DNA of 64,000 nucleotides. Source: Crassostrea angulata (Eukaryota). The notes under the pieces are model-generated. The model worked only from the letters and a program-made list of their open reading frames with translations, was not told the origin of the DNA and made no database searches. This document shows positions 1 through 14,989 of this stretch, piece by piece (within the stretch, counting starts at the first letter, position 1; the number at the start of each line of letters is the position of its first letter). Where the stretch lies: NCBI RefSeq assembly GCF_025612915.1, contig NC_069114.1:49578639-49642638 (forward strand), read 5' to 3'. Made by a program: the position numbers and the translations under genes.

Positions 1-272
1 CTTGAGCTGACCTGGGCTCTATACTTCCAAATGCAAAATATAAAGCAAAAATGAAACTATTTTTATTTGTTTACAAATTTGCAGGAATTAGGTCATTTAG
101 TTGACGTCATAGATAAATAGCGAATGAGCAATGATGACTAAAATCTAGATTAAAGTGATAGGCGTCCACTGTACAATGATTGATAAAGATTTGATTTTTA
201 TATGACACTATTTTAAAATTGGTAAAAATTGGGGCAAATATTTGACCATTCCGCACATAGTCCTTTGTTTAA

Positions 273-518
<246 letters not shown>

Positions 519-860
519 TGAAAATAAGTACATATATGTTCTGTAATAAGTTATTTAGATTCTGTAAATAGATATGATGATTGAATTCAGGTATACTGTA
601 GATTCCTAATTAAACGCGAGGAATTAATATCCGCATAAAATCGTGAGAAGCATTATTCGCGTATATAAAAATCTCGCCATTATTTGTCTTAGAGTTGATA
701 ACTATAAGAAATAAGGTTAAAAGTTCTGTATTCACAATTTTATTTTCTCGAAATTTGATACAAAACAGCGGGATCACGGAATTAAGTACTCGCAAAATAT
801 AAGGAATTTACAGTAGAGAAGATATAATGTATTTAGATACAATAATTCTCTGTTTTCTAG

Positions 861-977
<117 letters not shown>

Positions 978-1093
978 TAGTATAGTGAGAACAAGGTAAT
1001 GTTATCAGTGAATACCTAGTTTTTGTCTCATTAAGATACAATTTAGATACAGATTATTTGTCATTGTCAGTTAACTTTTCTTGTTTAACATAG

Positions 1094-1344
<251 letters not shown>

Positions 1345-1456
1345 TTTAAAAAAAAAACATTACCAGGTTTTATCTCAAAATTTACCATATAGCTGCACAG
1401 GTTGAAAAAATTGTTTAAGTCAGAGGCTCAGCTGTAAATGTTTTCTTTGCTCACAG

Positions 1457-1563
1457 ACGGAACAAGCTTCCGGGCCAAGATGTACGACATCACACAGCAC
1501 AAGAAGTTCAAGGCTGGCACCGTGTTCTTGATCCTGATCAACTGCGCTCTGCTCGGGGTGCCG
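1457..1563 (+). CDS. NALCN: NALCN exon (DGTSFRAKMYDITQHKKFKAGTVFLILINCALLGVP; DIV S1)
   Basis: ctcacag acceptor, gtgagt donor, phase 1->0; matches human DNDGFRAKMYDITQH... Confidence 0.9.
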
Positions 1564-1890
1564 GTGAGTGTCAGATGCTCTGTAGCTAGAGCTGTCAAAG
1601 AACCAGACGGAATCTTAGCTGTTCATATAAAATTTGGTTTTTTATATTTTTAGTGGAAATGACTGTTTGCCAGAAGATAAAGAATTCAGCAAATCTGTTT
1701 TCCTCTGTTTAATTGCAAAATAAAAGCTATTCAACAGAAGTTGGTTAACAGTACTAAGATATTGATGATAAATTAAAGAATTGTTATTTAGTAAATGATC
1801 AAACATTATTAAATGTCAATTGTCTATGACTCTTTTTTCCATTATGTGTACTGGCGCCTAGTATATTCTGAATGTGGTCTGATATTTTAG

Positions 1891-1968
1891 TGGAAGTCAT
1901 CTGATGCCAGACAGACCTTCATCCTGGGCTCCCTGTCTGCAGTTTGTACTCTCCTGTTTCTCTGTGAG
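1891..1968 (+). CDS. NALCN: NALCN exon (WKSSDARQTFILGSLSAVCTLLFLCE)
   Basis: tattttag acceptor, gtaaga donor, 26 codons. Confidence 0.85.
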
Positions 1969-2254
1969 GTAAGATCAGCACCACTAGAAAATATATAGGA
2001 TAAGACATACAGAATATTTCACTACTGGATCAAATGGACTACTGTATATATCTCGTGATGATCCAATGTTTGCGATCACTTAAACATCACATAAAGCAGA
2101 AATGTTTCATAAAGTATGTCATAGACACATTCAAATTGCGAAAAAATGGATTGTGCAAATAATAAAGGTTTCAGATTAACAAGTTTTGTGACACATGAAA
2201 AAGGAAAATAATTACCAGATTACAGTACTTCATGCCTTGTGTTTACTGGTACAG

Positions 2255-2389
2255 GTTGTGATAAAGATGATTGCGCTGACCCCCAAGGGCTACTGGACCA
2301 GTAGAAGGAACCGCTTTGACATGCTGCTGACCTTCCTGGGGATTATCTGGATCATACTACACTTTACATTCAACCTGACTGGACAGGAG
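2255..2389 (+). CDS. NALCN: NALCN exon (VVIKMIALTPKGYWTSRRNRFDMLLTFLGIIWIILHFTFNLTGQE; DIV S3)
   Basis: ggtacag acceptor; weak donor GAG|gtagag; matches human [37 protein letters not shown]. Confidence 0.8.
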
Positions 2390-2663
2390 GTAGAGTGGAT
2401 TAGGATAGGACACAATATGAACATCAACTTGTGCAAAAAGCAAAAATTTGAAAAAACAGAATGCGTGATCAAGGGTGCACTTGATATATCTTGATTTAGA
2501 ATATGTTATAACATGTTCTAACAATATAAAGAAGTTACAAAACTAGACCATGTCAAAGGCAAATGAACTTGAAATTATAGGTCACATAATATCTTTACCA
2601 TTTTGAATTGTGAGGGAACAGGAAAGTGTTCATTATATCAGTGTTTTAATGATGTCTTTTCAG

Positions 2664-2732
2664 AGTGATGCTAACAATGTGTTTGGAGTGATCATCATTG
2701 TCTTGAGATTCTGCACAATCTGTGGAAAACAT
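2664..2732 (+). CDS. NALCN: NALCN exon (SDANNVFGVIIIVLRFCTICGKH; DIV S4 region)
   Basis: tcttttcag acceptor, gtaagt donor; matches human ..ACVIVFRFFSICGKH. Confidence 0.85.
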
Positions 2733-2890
2733 GTAAGTAGACCCAACATTACTTAAACAAACAAACTAAAGATTTACTCAGATTATTGAAACATACATGT
2801 ACAATGCATTTACATGTATTATTTTCCAAGCTTCAGGTAAAGCTGAAAGGTTGATGTGTTTATGAGTTATTAATGGCTTGTTTCTAGTAG

Positions 2891-3091
<201 letters not shown>

Positions 3092-3243
3092 TAAAGTCAA
3101 ATGAACCTGATTGATACAGTGAAAGCTGCTTATAAATTATTTAGTTACTCATATCCTTTTACCACATTCAACAATTCACAATTAAATTTAAAGATTCAAA
3201 GTCCAGAGACATACATGGATGGAAGTGGAATGGTAAGCTTTAG

Positions 3244-3381
<138 letters not shown>

Positions 3382-3797
3382 TAGAGAGGTCTTGGAATAG
3401 GAAATTCTCCTTTGAAAAGTACAGGCAAGTCTTAATATAAATATTGTAGAAATGTGTCATGTTTACGTAGTTTCAGATGGGTGTAGCTTGTTCTGTAGCA
3501 TATCACTTTATTTGTCAAGTTTTAATTCATTTATTGACTACTGTAGATTCCCTATTTTTTTGCGAGTACTTAATTTAGTGTTTCAACTGTTTTGCATTAA
3601 ATTGCTAGAATATGAAATAGCGACCACCAGATTTTTATCATAGTTTCTTTAGTTTACATCTGTCAGAAAAATAAAAGTGAGATTTTAAAATCAGCAAGAT
3701 GTGCCTCTCGCAATTTTAGTCAGATATTAATTCCTTGCGTTTCAATAGGAATTTCTAGTGTTACCTGATGTCTTATCTCTGTACTGTCTGTTTACAG

Positions 3798-3927
3798 GTG
3801 GCCCCTCCTTTCTGTACGATTGAGGGGAACTTTTGGGAGTCGGACTGTGGGAATGTTACAGCCTCCATTGTGTACTTCTTCTCTTTCTACATCATCATCA
3901 CCTACATTGTCCTCAATTTATTAGTAG
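3798..3927 (+). CDS. NALCN: NALCN exon (VAPPFCTIEGNFWESDCGNVTASIVYFFSFYIIITYIVLNLLV; DIV S6)
   Basis: tgtttacag acceptor, G|gtgagt donor; matches human [44 protein letters not shown]. Confidence 0.9.
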
Positions 3928-4221
3928 GTGAGTATAATCTGACCCATTTATGTAAAAAGGTGTGTACTTGAGGATAATTAAAATATGACCCCAATATGTG
4001 TCCATTTTTCAGATTTTGCTATAAGTAACTGTTTGTAGGATGGGGGTTGTTTTGGGGGGTTGTTTTTTATTTCATTTTAAGCTGTCTGTTTCAAATAAAA
4101 TTACATGCTTGAAGAAAAGCTAAAAAGTGCATGCCCCAAAGAAATCTTTAAGAAACTTTTAGTTAAGGCTGAGTTTCCTAAGAATTATCCGTATTCGGTA
4201 ACGCCGTATTCAAGTTAGTAG

Positions 4222-4476
<255 letters not shown>

Positions 4477-4545
4477 TAATAATTTTGAACATATATGTAC
4501 ATTTATGAATAGTCTTTGTCGCTTAGATTAAATGGTTTCTTTTGA

Positions 4546-4833
<288 letters not shown>

Positions 4834-5086
4834 TAAATGTGAAATAGAAATGCTTACTATTCCTTTCGTTCAGCAGTAGTGTAAGTAATTGTTGACACTT
4901 ACACTGAGCAGGAAATCTAGTGTTTACTGTTTAAAAGTGGATTTTTCTGAGTTGGACACTATATTAGTGGATATATTTAAGTTCGCCATTGTTGATTTGG
5001 TAATTTTTGTGCTGGACATTGTTGGATGCAGTGGATATTGTTGAGTTGCGCATTGTTGACATACATGTATTTCTGTCCTGTCTTAG

Positions 5087-5476
<390 letters not shown>

Positions 5477-6519
5477 TAAACAGTCTACTTCTCCATAAAA
5501 TTCATTCTATGTTTTATTGACTTATATAAGTATAGTAATTCTTTGATATTTATGAAACTTGTTAGCATCAGAACTCAAGTCAGGACATTCTTACTCCACC
5601 CACTTTGATTTGGTTATATCTAAATTTTTAAATCCAGTGATTGCTGCCATTATGAATGGTTGAAAACAGTTGAAAACAACAGTACTGTGATACAGACTGG
5701 CCATTTTGTTTGAAATCACTTATCCCTTTAGAATATTCTGCATACATTAAAAAAAATGTTCTTTGATGAAATTGTGGGGGGGGGGGGGGGGAATTTATTA
5801 CAGAGAAAATTTGAGGGAAATTGCACAAAAGTAATAAATGATTATTGGCTTTGGAAGATTATGTCAAAACTTTTCACATTAATAATGAAAGTAAATAATG
5901 ACTTGAAATAAATAAGAACTAAACAAGATAAAAGGAGTGCCATTGGACACTTTAAGAGGGATGATGAATGAATGTGTTTCTGTGGGTACCGTAATGACAT
6001 GTTTTTGGTGTTTCTTTGTAATCACGTTCAGTATGAATTTATTTATGGTATGGTTCAAATTTTTTTGGTGTCAATTTTATATATTACTTTATGGTTACTG
6101 TTCTTCTGAAATCTATGTTAGTGTTTACACACGATCAGCTAATTTTATTTTACTTGATGTCAGCATGGTCCGTTAAGTCAATGTTTATAAGCATGTTTGT
6201 CAATTTATATGATGAATTTCTATGTTATAATTTGCAATGATATATGTATTTTATTGTCATTTTCATCAATATTTAATGTTTTTTTTAGATATACTTTTTA
6301 GGAATGATAATTTAGTCTTTGATTTCTTTTTGTAAAACAAAATCAAAACAATGAACACCTTGACCGCCAGGTGTGTTCACCAGGTGTGTTCACCAGGTGT
6401 GTTCCTGGTTCAGTGGTTCTCTGCTTTTTGTGTTGAGCTACATGTGTTCTTCCTTTGACAGAAAGCTCCTCCACATCAGGTAACGTGTAGGGCAAAATGC
6501 TGCATGTAGACAGGCCTCT

Positions 6520-6910
6520 GTATAGCTTCCCTTGTCTTCTGTTATAGCATTAGTAACATTGATAGGAAAGTATGTATATTAGAACTAAGTCCAGTTAGCA
6601 TTGTTAGTGATGTACATGTATGTACACCAATATTATGTCCTCTGTTATAGATTAGTTAACACTTTAAGGGATATATGTACACCAAATCTATGTCCTCTGT
6701 TTTAGCATTAGCTAACAGTGTAAGGGAAGTACATCTTAGATAACATTGTAACACTGTCAGGGGTGTGTGTGAACTAGAATCCTCTGTTATACCGTTAGTT
6801 AACATCTACACCAAAACTAAGTTCCCTGTTAAAGCATAAGATAACATTTTAAGGGATGTATGTGTATCAACATGAAGTCCTCTGTTTTAGAAATAGTTAA
6901 ACATTGATGT
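6520..6910 (+). repeat. Degenerate ~62-bp intronic tandem repeat (…tacaccaa..tatgtcctctgtt(t/a)tag(c)attagttaaca…), ~6 units
   Basis: read directly; NALCN intron. Confidence 0.6.
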
Positions 6911-7227
6911 TACCTCATTCCTTTGTTCTTGCAGCCTAAATATATACCTCTAGTGGGCTTAATATTAGTCTTATACCACACTTAACATCTTACTGTTTTA
7001 GTGCTGATATCCTTCAAAATTCTGGTAAATTAAAAAAATGATAAATATTGACAGGCAATGTTTTAAGAATGAGATATGCCTCATACACATCTGTATGAGA
7101 AGATGTCAGATGTATACACCAGAACCAAGTCATGTGTTTTAGTATTAGTTAACCAGTGAGGGTATCTGGTATAATAGACCTTTGTCCCCCACTGTTAGTC
7201 CTAGAACACTCACATGTCCATTACCTA

Positions 7228-7312
7228 GCAGGGCCAGTAATGAGGCTCAAATTACCTGGCAGGGCCAGTAATGAGACTCATATTACCTAGCAGGGCCAGT
7301 AATGAGGCTCTC
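7228..7312 (+). repeat. 3 x 27-bp tandem repeat (cagggccagtaatgag(g/a)ctca(a/t)attacct(g/a)g)
   Basis: read directly. Confidence 0.8.
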
Positions 7313-8535
7313 TCTCCTTGTAGTATCATTGTAACTCTATATAGCAAACGATCTATCCATTTGACATGACATTAAATTTTTGTACAACTCCATATTTTAT
7401 TTAGTCTTAATTTTAGGACTTATTACAAAATTTGCTTCAAAGTTTATCTTAAAAATGACAACTTTCCAAACTTGGTTTAACTTGCATATATTGGGTAGCT
7501 ACCGGTACTCATTTCTAAAAAACTTTTAATATTTAATATATTCTGAGTTACTAGAGTTAATTTGTTGATTACTAAATCACAGAGTGTATATTCAGAGAGA
7601 ATATCTCTTTTTCCGACTTTTCCCTCTGCTTATTAGAGCTGTTCTCACCTCACCTCACCTCACCTAACCTCTGCGTGCCCACTGGCACATAAGGCCCGAT
7701 TAGAGCTGTTCTGTGTGTGACTTTTGATGGAGATGACTGAAGACGAGTTCTGTAGTACACGGACACAGTGAACTCTTTGAAGGATACCTAACTCTTCAGC
7801 TTCAGAGCTTTATGTATTCTTGGCTTTAACATTCAGGCATTGTTTGATGTGTGTTTTATCAGGCTTGCTGTGCTGTTTGATGAACTGCGAACTTGATTGA
7901 TGCCATGGCAAACTATATGTATAACTCATCCAGACCCCCTTTTACATTAACTCTTTCATTTATTCAAACTTTTGACTGCTGAGGGATAATGCTTCCTATC
8001 TCACAGTGTCACACAAGTGTGGGTGCTTTAGTTCTCAGTTGAGTGATTATTTTGCCTATAATCTTTGTGCTTTGATTCTTCAAAACATCTTCTCCATTGA
8101 GGGATGATGATCCATTGTCTTCTCATATCAAAATAGGATCATCATCTGAATAGTATTTACTGAGGAGAAGAAATGGTTTTTCCTAGATATTTTTCAGTCT
8201 TTGAATTTTGATATTTTAATATCAGGTAAAAATACATTACATTTTTCTGTGTTAAAATCCAAATACCAGGAGATTGGTACATGAGACTAAAATAATGGTA
8301 TTAATAGACAATTTTCATAACTTTAGTTCTAGTAATTCATACAATATGTACGCAAAAGTTGAAAGAACACAATGTGACACATGGTAGAAGCAATGAGAAT
8401 ACACTTATACTATTACATGTATAATGTAATAATTCATCGGTAGATAGGTATCACAAATAAATCTGTATGAATGTTGTTTGTAATACATTATTAAAATGGG
8501 ATTCCTTTCATATCAATTTGATATATCTGATACTC

Positions 8536-8857
8536 AGCGCCAGGTAGACATTGAGATAGAGTTGTAGTCAGACATAACTTCCTGTATCTCCATTGAGATG
8601 AGAGTTGTAGTCAGACATAACTTCCTGTATCTCACATTGAGATGAGAGTTGTAGTCAGACATAACTTCCTGTATCTCACATTGAGATGAGAGTTGTAGTC
8701 AGACATAACTTCCTGTATCTCACATTGAGGAGAGTTGTAGTCAGACATAACTTCCTGTATCTCACATTGAGATGAGAGTTGTAGTCAGACATAACTTCCT
8801 GTATCTCACATTGAGGAGAGTTGTAGTCAGACATAACTTCCTGTATCTCACCAACAG
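8536..8857 (+). repeat. 44/41-bp tandem array (~7 units, attgagatgagagttgtagtcagacataacttcctgtatctcac) ending at the acceptor of the exon starting 8858
   Basis: period 44 (attga at 8592 and 8636); last unit supplies the polypyrimidine tract ctgtatctcaccaacag. Confidence 0.85.
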
Positions 8858-9058
8858 AAGGAGCACACCAACCTGATCTCCAACCTGCGCGCCACTAATG
8901 AACAGCCACTGTTTACACTGACAGAGCAGCCATCCAGTGCGGCAGAGAGCAGCGAGGACAACCGCAATGAGAGCCCCATCGTCAGGACCAGGAAGAAGGG
9001 AATGGTGGAGCTGCAACCCCCTAACATCCTGGTCCAGCCCCCACCTCCACCATCTTTG
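8858..9058 (+). CDS. NALCN: NALCN C-terminal exon (KEHTNLISNLRATNEQPLFTLTEQPSSAAESSEDNRNESPIVRTRKKGMVELQPPNILVQPPPPPSL)
   Basis: ctcaccaacag acceptor, TTG|gtaagt donor, 67 codons phase 0-0; low-complexity C-tail as in NALCN orthologs; antisense ORF 8762-9067 is spurious. Confidence 0.7.
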
Positions 9059-9127
9059 GTAAGTCATTCAATAACAACCCCCTAACATCCTGGTCCAGCC
9101 CCCACCTCCACCATCTTTGGTAAGTCA
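9014..9127 (+). repeat. 61-bp tandem duplication of exon 3' end + gtaagt donor (CAACCCCCTAACATCCTGGTCCAGCCCCCACCTCCACCATCTTTGgtaagtca x2)
   Basis: copies at 9014-9066 and 9075-9127. Confidence 0.85.
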
Positions 9128-10040
9128 GTTGCAGGGTATGTACAATAACACCCTGGTACATCTGGATCTAGCCTAAACACCTTCAAGCTCTAATAATTCA
9201 ATAACAGCCCCAGTTCAGGTCAGTACCAGGATGCATAACATCCTGGTACAGGTTCAGCTTCGTAACCTCCTGGTCCAGCCCAAACCCCCTCAAGTTCTTC
9301 TTTGTCAATAATAGCCCCTGAACATCCTGGTACAGCACACACATCCCTTAGGCCCTGGTAAGTCAATCAGACCATTCACAGGTACAGAACGTTTTGATAA
9401 AATAACGGCCTCCTGTCAGTTTTAGAATTTTAATGACAGCTACATGTACATAACACATATCCTGGTACATTAGTTATTGCCCCCAAATCTTGGCTCAGCC
9501 CTACTCCTCTAAAGGGGAGATCTGGTAAGTCAGTTTCAGGAACAAAGCATCCTAGTACAGTTAAATCTCCTAACATCCTGGTTCAGCCCCATAACATCCT
9601 GGTACAGCTGAGCCAGCCCTTAACATCCTGGTTCAGATCACCCTCTCCAGCAGTTGTGAGCCAGTTACTGGATATATAACATCCAGGTTTAGTACCTTTC
9701 TAACTTTAAAAGGTCAATGACAGCTACATAACATCCTTGTACATTAGTTAAAGAGGAATACGCCCCACCCCAGCTTCCAGCCTTACTTCCTTGATGAGTG
9801 AGATCTTGTCAGTTACAAGAACAAAACATTTGAGTACAGTTATATCCCCCAACATCCTGGTCCAGCCTCCCATTCCCTCTTGATTTGATGAGTTGGTTAC
9901 ATATTCCCCATCCCAAACATCCAGGTAAAAACCTGGCTCATTCTTCTTAGTTATAACTACATAACATCCCAGAATCCTTTACTTACTCAGCTCAAGTAAG
10001 TCAATCACAGCAATCTAACATCCTGGTCCAGCAACTATCC
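9128..10040 (+). repeat. Dispersed degenerate copies (>10) of exon-derived motif (C)TAACATCCTGGT(C/A)CAGCC through the downstream intron
   Basis: e.g. 9235, 9265, 9318, 9575, 9600, 9625, 9848, 10012. Confidence 0.7.
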
Positions 10041-10338
10041 TTTTCAGCTCATATGTCAGATACAGCATTATAACTCTTGAAACAGCCCCTGAACACCCCC
10101 CCCCCCCCCCCCAAGTTTTGGTAAAGTGTGCTAAAGGTCCCTCAACATCTAAATTTCCCATGCACCCCATCTCTTGTCTTCTGTGAGCACTTGAGTACAT
10201 CTTAGTACAGCCCCCACCCCATCCATTTCATGTAATCCAGATTCATGTTTTTATATTCATTCCATTTTATTGACAATTGTTTTAAGAATACTTGCTTTTA
10301 CCATATGATACATATTGAGATAGGATTTGCTTTTTCAG

Positions 10339-10417
10339 TCTCCCACTCTGAGAACTTCTCCTAGAGTTGAGAAAGACAGACCCACCCTGAAGAAGCGGTC
10401 AGGAAGGCTCTCCTCAG
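10339..10417 (+). CDS. NALCN: NALCN C-terminal exon (SPTLRTSPRVEKDRPTLKKRSGRLSS)
   Basis: ctttttcag acceptor, G|gtcaga donor; frame continuous with flanking exons. Confidence 0.6.
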
Positions 10418-10774
10418 GTCAGAGATAGGTGTAAACTTGATTACACCACAGCAAGCTGTAAAATCAGAGTTATATTTTATCAAATCTGTAATACTGGTAT
10501 AGCATTGAAACAAAAAAATCTTGCTTGCTCATGATACCAGTAATATGCTTGCAATAAAGTACAGGGGTCATTGCAACTTATTAAAGATACGAGAAATATT
10601 GGTCTTTGATGTACTGAAAGAGTGAAGAAATTTCAGAATAGCAAAAGATGTCATTGATCAAATGGCAGAATTTTTTTTCAAAAAGAGAACTCGTCTCAAT
10701 TTCTGTCTCTTGCATTTTTCCTGACATTTCACAAGCTAACCTATGATCGTACCTCCTTGTTTTCTGTCGTACAG

Positions 10775-10962
10775 GAAGTAATTTCAAAGGGCTGACAGTG
10801 AACCTGAGCCAGACCTCAGAGATAAAGGGCGAGACCCTGACCGTGTCGCCCCTACAGAAGACGTTCACCGAGAGCGTGCTAATCGGAGAGAACGTGTCCA
10901 CCAACATACAGTCATGGTGGGGGGACCAGTTCTCCCAGCAGCAACAGGAGCATGAAAACTGA
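10775..10962 (+). CDS. NALCN: NALCN terminal coding exon (...NVSTNIQSWWGDQFSQQQQEHEN*), stop TGA 10960-10962
   Basis: tcgtacag acceptor; conserved WW near C-terminus as in human ...KKWWTRQ; in-frame stop. Confidence 0.7.
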
Positions 10963-11989
10963 CCAAGACTGAGCGGTCAGTGAGTGAGCATTGTATCAAA
11001 CACATGGTATCAAACGGTCAGTGAACGGACATTACACTGTCTGGCCCCGCCGTCGCCAACTTCCAACAAGTTAGTACTCGGGCACAAGTCCGAGTTTTCA
11101 CCTCTAATTTATGTACTCTTCTTTGAGTAGAAAACCAAGTTGAGTGATTAGACAATTTTAATGATGGAGGGACCTGATCAGTGAATTGACATTGCACCAC
11201 TGCTGTAGAATGATATGAAAGGAACAGCAGAAGGGGGCAGAGTTATCATATTCATTCCAGACTTTTGGAGGAGAAATGTCATGTATAAATCATGTTATCC
11301 TGTTTTGATGGACAGGGATGTTTAAGTGGTCATGTGTTCTCTGACTAGTAAATTTGTAATTTTTTTGACAATTGATTGTTAGGTACAACAAGTCATGTTA
11401 AACCTGACGAGTCGTTATCTGTATACATGTAAGTTACCATATGGTAATGAAGTCATAAGGTATTTTGATTTGATTGACAGGCTCAACAAGTTGTGAAATC
11501 TGACAAGTCATAATAATCTGTTTATATCCAAGTTATGGTATTTTGATTGACAGGCATTTTGAGTTGTTAGACAGGTTCAACAAGTCATTGATTTGATTTA
11601 CAGATACAGTAAAATGTTAATAATATTATTGACAGGTACAGATCATGTGGAACTTGAGCAATCAAGATCTATAAGTTATTTGGATTGACGGGTTCAGTTC
11701 TGTGTAAACATGTCCAATGATTGTGTTTAAATGATGTAAGAAAGTTGTGAAGATGTCTATTACTGTAACATGTAGATGTAGTTGGTTTGTGTGGACCGTG
11801 AAGTGAAGAAGTCTGGGCCTCCTGGCCATTACACTGAGGTACTGTTAGCACTTGACTGTAACAGAGTCTATGTATAGGTGGTTATGGGGCACACTGTGTG
11901 AAAGAAATCATAGTGTTAGCTTTGTAGTGTGTGTGTTGTGTTAAGTTGTTACCTGTGTGTGTCCATCTTACCAGGAGAAAGAGGTCTTG

Positions 11990-12016
11990 TTTTTATATAT
12001 ATATATATATATATAT
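11990..12016. repeat. (TA)n microsatellite
   Basis: tatatatatatatatatatat. Confidence 0.9.
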
Positions 12017-12452
12017 TGTATAAAAGGAAATATTGGCCCCCGTTTTATTTTCGCCCCTTTCACCCTTGTTGTCAGAGGGCAAATTCGAGACTGGGCGAAT
12101 TGTAGCAAGACAGAGTAATCTCTTTTAACACAATTGTGTTTGGGCAAATTTAAGATGGGATGAAACTGTTCACATGTGTAGAAGTGCGAAAAAAATAAAC
12201 CTGTATACAGTATATTCATCCTCTACAGGTTCCTCTTTTGATTATTGTTATAAAACATATTTTTATCATACGTCTATGATTTCTATACCTTCAATGGTAG
12301 TGTGAACCAAATAAAGGTGATAAGACTGTGCAATACACTCAAGTGCAATAACTATTTTTACTATGGTCTGAAGTCTCTCAGATAAAGTAATTTACAGTGC
12401 TGTTCATCAGCATGTAAATGCAATGGTTCAGACCTTGATCTCCTTCAATATG

Positions 12453-12716
12453 CATAGGCGTCGGAACCGGAGGGGCTAGGGGGGGCTTAGCCCCCCCCAC
12501 TTTTTTTGCAAAGGTAATTAGGAATTAGGAATTTCATGATTTTGGAAAAAAAAAATTGGTAAATTTTTTTTTTTTTAGAGTGTAGGTATACTCCCCCCCC
12601 CCCCCCCCCCCACGGATTAGGATTTCCATGATTTTTGGAATTACTTTTTTCTCAATATTTCTGAGGATTAGTCTAGCCCCCCCCCCCCCACTTTCAATTT
12701 GCTTCCGACGCCTATG
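12453..12716. mobile_element. MITE copy 1 (264 bp): TIR CATAGGCGTCGGAA / TTCCGACGCCTATG, TSD ATATG, fold-back arms, poly-C/G tracts
   Basis: TIRs read directly; identical 5-bp flanks at 12448-12452 and 12717-12721; left half is reverse complement of right half. Confidence 0.75.
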
Positions 12717-14072
12717 ATATGATATTGGACTAGCTTAATAATCTGTGCTAGTTTCAATGTATTATGTCTATTTATATTGTTCATGCATTGTTTTCTGTGT
12801 TACCAATAAAGTTGGTAGTTTTGTGTTTAGACTTATATATGTTTCATTGGTCCAACGGTCCTTATTTCATTAGGTGAATTCGATCGAGTTCTGACACCCC
12901 CATCCCCTTGAAAAGGATTAAATGGAAATTCACATATCATTATAAACATATGTGCATTTAATTTCAAGTATTCCAATAGATCGTCAAACTTTACAAAATG
13001 GTTGTAGGTTCATGATGACCCTGTATGAAACGGAATATATGATCACGTGATTAGTGTCCTATATCGTCAGTCTGGTCACTGGTGGCGGGTCTTTACCTCA
13101 TTCCAACCCCCAACCTCCCTGCCGTTTGACAAAACCGGTATGTTTGATCATACATGCATGTATGTATGTGAGCGATCGGCCAGTTATTGCTATATCTTGG
13201 GTTATCCACCCGAGTTGTATTCCTTGGACTAGTCACAATATGTTGTTGTTATTCCGGGCCGATATATCGTCTTTAAGATGCTATCAACTTCCGTAATAAA
13301 CGTACGATTGCCTGGGCCTCTTCAATTTACTTGAGTAAAACGCGATGCAATTTCTCCATACTGGCAACCTTTTTCCGCCATACCAATACAATGCCATATA
13401 AAAAGGAATTCCTTTATTTTAAATATAAATTTCAATTGCGCTCATAACAAATTAACCAAGAAGCGCTAAGAAAACTGTGAACTATAGCCAGCAGAGCTAT
13501 TACCGCAGTCATAGCAATGCCAACTGGAAAACACTGCTTATATTGCTGAATAAGTAACACTATATTCTTTATTTATTGATGATACAATTGATGCATGAGT
13601 TGAATACAGGTATAACAGACATGTACTAGTATGTTGCTGCCATCAAAAGACGTCATCTGAAAAAGAAAGAGATAAAAATTTCAACTATCAATGTAATTTT
13701 TCACTAAAGCATAATACCGATTTCATCTGGACGCATCCAGTGACAAGAGATCACAAGGAGAGATGGGGAGCTACAAGCGAGAGAGTGCCAGGGACAGAGA
13801 TCAGGAGTGAAGTAGCTGCAATATTGTAGCCCTCTCCGATTTCTTTTTATCTGACGTTTTCTGAAGATGACTACGTTATTGCAGCTAGGAGAGAAGGGAA
13901 GAGGCACGTGACAGCTTCGTGACTTACATATGCGTGTTTCGGACACTACTGAGTTTCATTCTCACACCAGTGTGCTTGGTTGTGTATGAAAATTGAAAAC
14001 AGGTTTAAATCACCTTAACAATCAATAGCAAGGTTCTAAACAATTGTAAAAGTTAAATAAATGAAATCTTTA

Positions 14073-14317
14073 TCAACGCCCAGTGGGAATTGCGTGTACT
14101 AAACTTTTTCTCCTTCCTAGGTCCACCGACAGATGGCGCTCCGGGACGGGTTTCTTGGGATTGGGCATGAATGGGATGTAGGTCATAAAGCTAGCATTGG
14201 TGACGCGCGCCGGGAGCCAGGGTTTGTAGACCTCGAACCCCTCCTGGTAGTTTCCCGAGGACACGGCCTCCTCGTCTACCGTCTGCCAGGCCGTTATCCC
14301 GCGCTCCTCGGGGGTAC
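14073..14317 (-). CDS. SLC23 terminal coding exon (GTPEERGITAWQTVDEEAVSSGNYQEGFEVYKPWLPARVTNASFMTYIPFMPNPKKPVPERHLSVDLGRRKSLVHAIPTGR*)
   Basis: attacag acceptor; GTPEERGI matches human SVCT C-terminal cytoplasmic tail; stop TGA at 14075-14073. Confidence 0.85.
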
Positions 14318-14397
14318 CTGTAATGTGTGGATTTACAGTCTTATACATGCATACATAGGATACAAGACTAAATAAGTGTTAAAACTGGAGCAAGTAC

Positions 14398-14493
14398 CTG
14401 GTACGGTGTTGTCAAGGAAACAGGAAAGTATGGCACCCACCATGTTTGGGTTTCCTAGTAACATTTTCAGTACATCATCTACATCCGGATATC
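14398..14493 (-). CDS. SLC23 exon (GYPDVDDVLKMLLGNPNMVGAILSCFLDNTVP)
   Basis: tatatag acceptor, G|gtactt donor; matches human [30 protein letters not shown]. Confidence 0.85.
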
Positions 14494-14592
14494 CTATATA
14501 CAAAGACATTAGGGGTTTTATTTTGCTTAAACTTGACATGTACAACAAAATCACCGAATGTTTTAGTTCCATATCATATAATCAGATAATAC

Positions 14593-14866
14593 CTGTATCC
14601 ACCGTATTAGGATATCGCTCAATCCAGTGTGGCAGCATCAAGCCAACCAGCAGAGAGGTTCCGATGATGGCAGAGTTCCGAGTAGACGAGAGATCCACTG
14701 ACTGGAGATTGGAGAGAACTACCCCATTAAACATTCCGAACATGATGATGAGAGCGCCACCGAGCACGGGGTGGGGGATGGTGATGAACACGGCCGAAAA
14801 TTTACCAATAATTCCAAACAGGATGTAAACCAAGGACACGCACACAAACACGTGTCTGCTGGCGAC
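14593..14866 (-). CDS. SLC23 exon (VASRHVFVCVSLVYILFGIIGKFSAVFITIPHPVLGGALIIMFGMFNGVVLSNLQSVDLSSTRNSAIIGTSLLVGLMLPHWIERYPNTVDT)
   Basis: ccacag acceptor, G|gtatta donor; matches human [70 protein letters not shown]. Confidence 0.9.
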
Positions 14867-14989
14867 CTGTGGGGTGATCGTTAAAGAAAAGGTAGTAAAT
14901 AAAGTAAATACGGTCAATTTAAATTAGCCGATTGTTAATGAAAGGGTTACATTCAAGGTCATAACTTGAGCTGCATGTTCTTTATTTAC

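Noticed and set aside
8762-9067. 101-aa minus-strand ORF
   Set aside because: Antisense to a NALCN coding exon and running through the 44-bp tandem array; the plus-strand exon has the homology.
13700-13950. 80-aa minus ORF and partial inverted repeats 13625-13880
   Set aside because: No homology recognised; lies in the probable 3' UTR/flank of the SLC23 gene.
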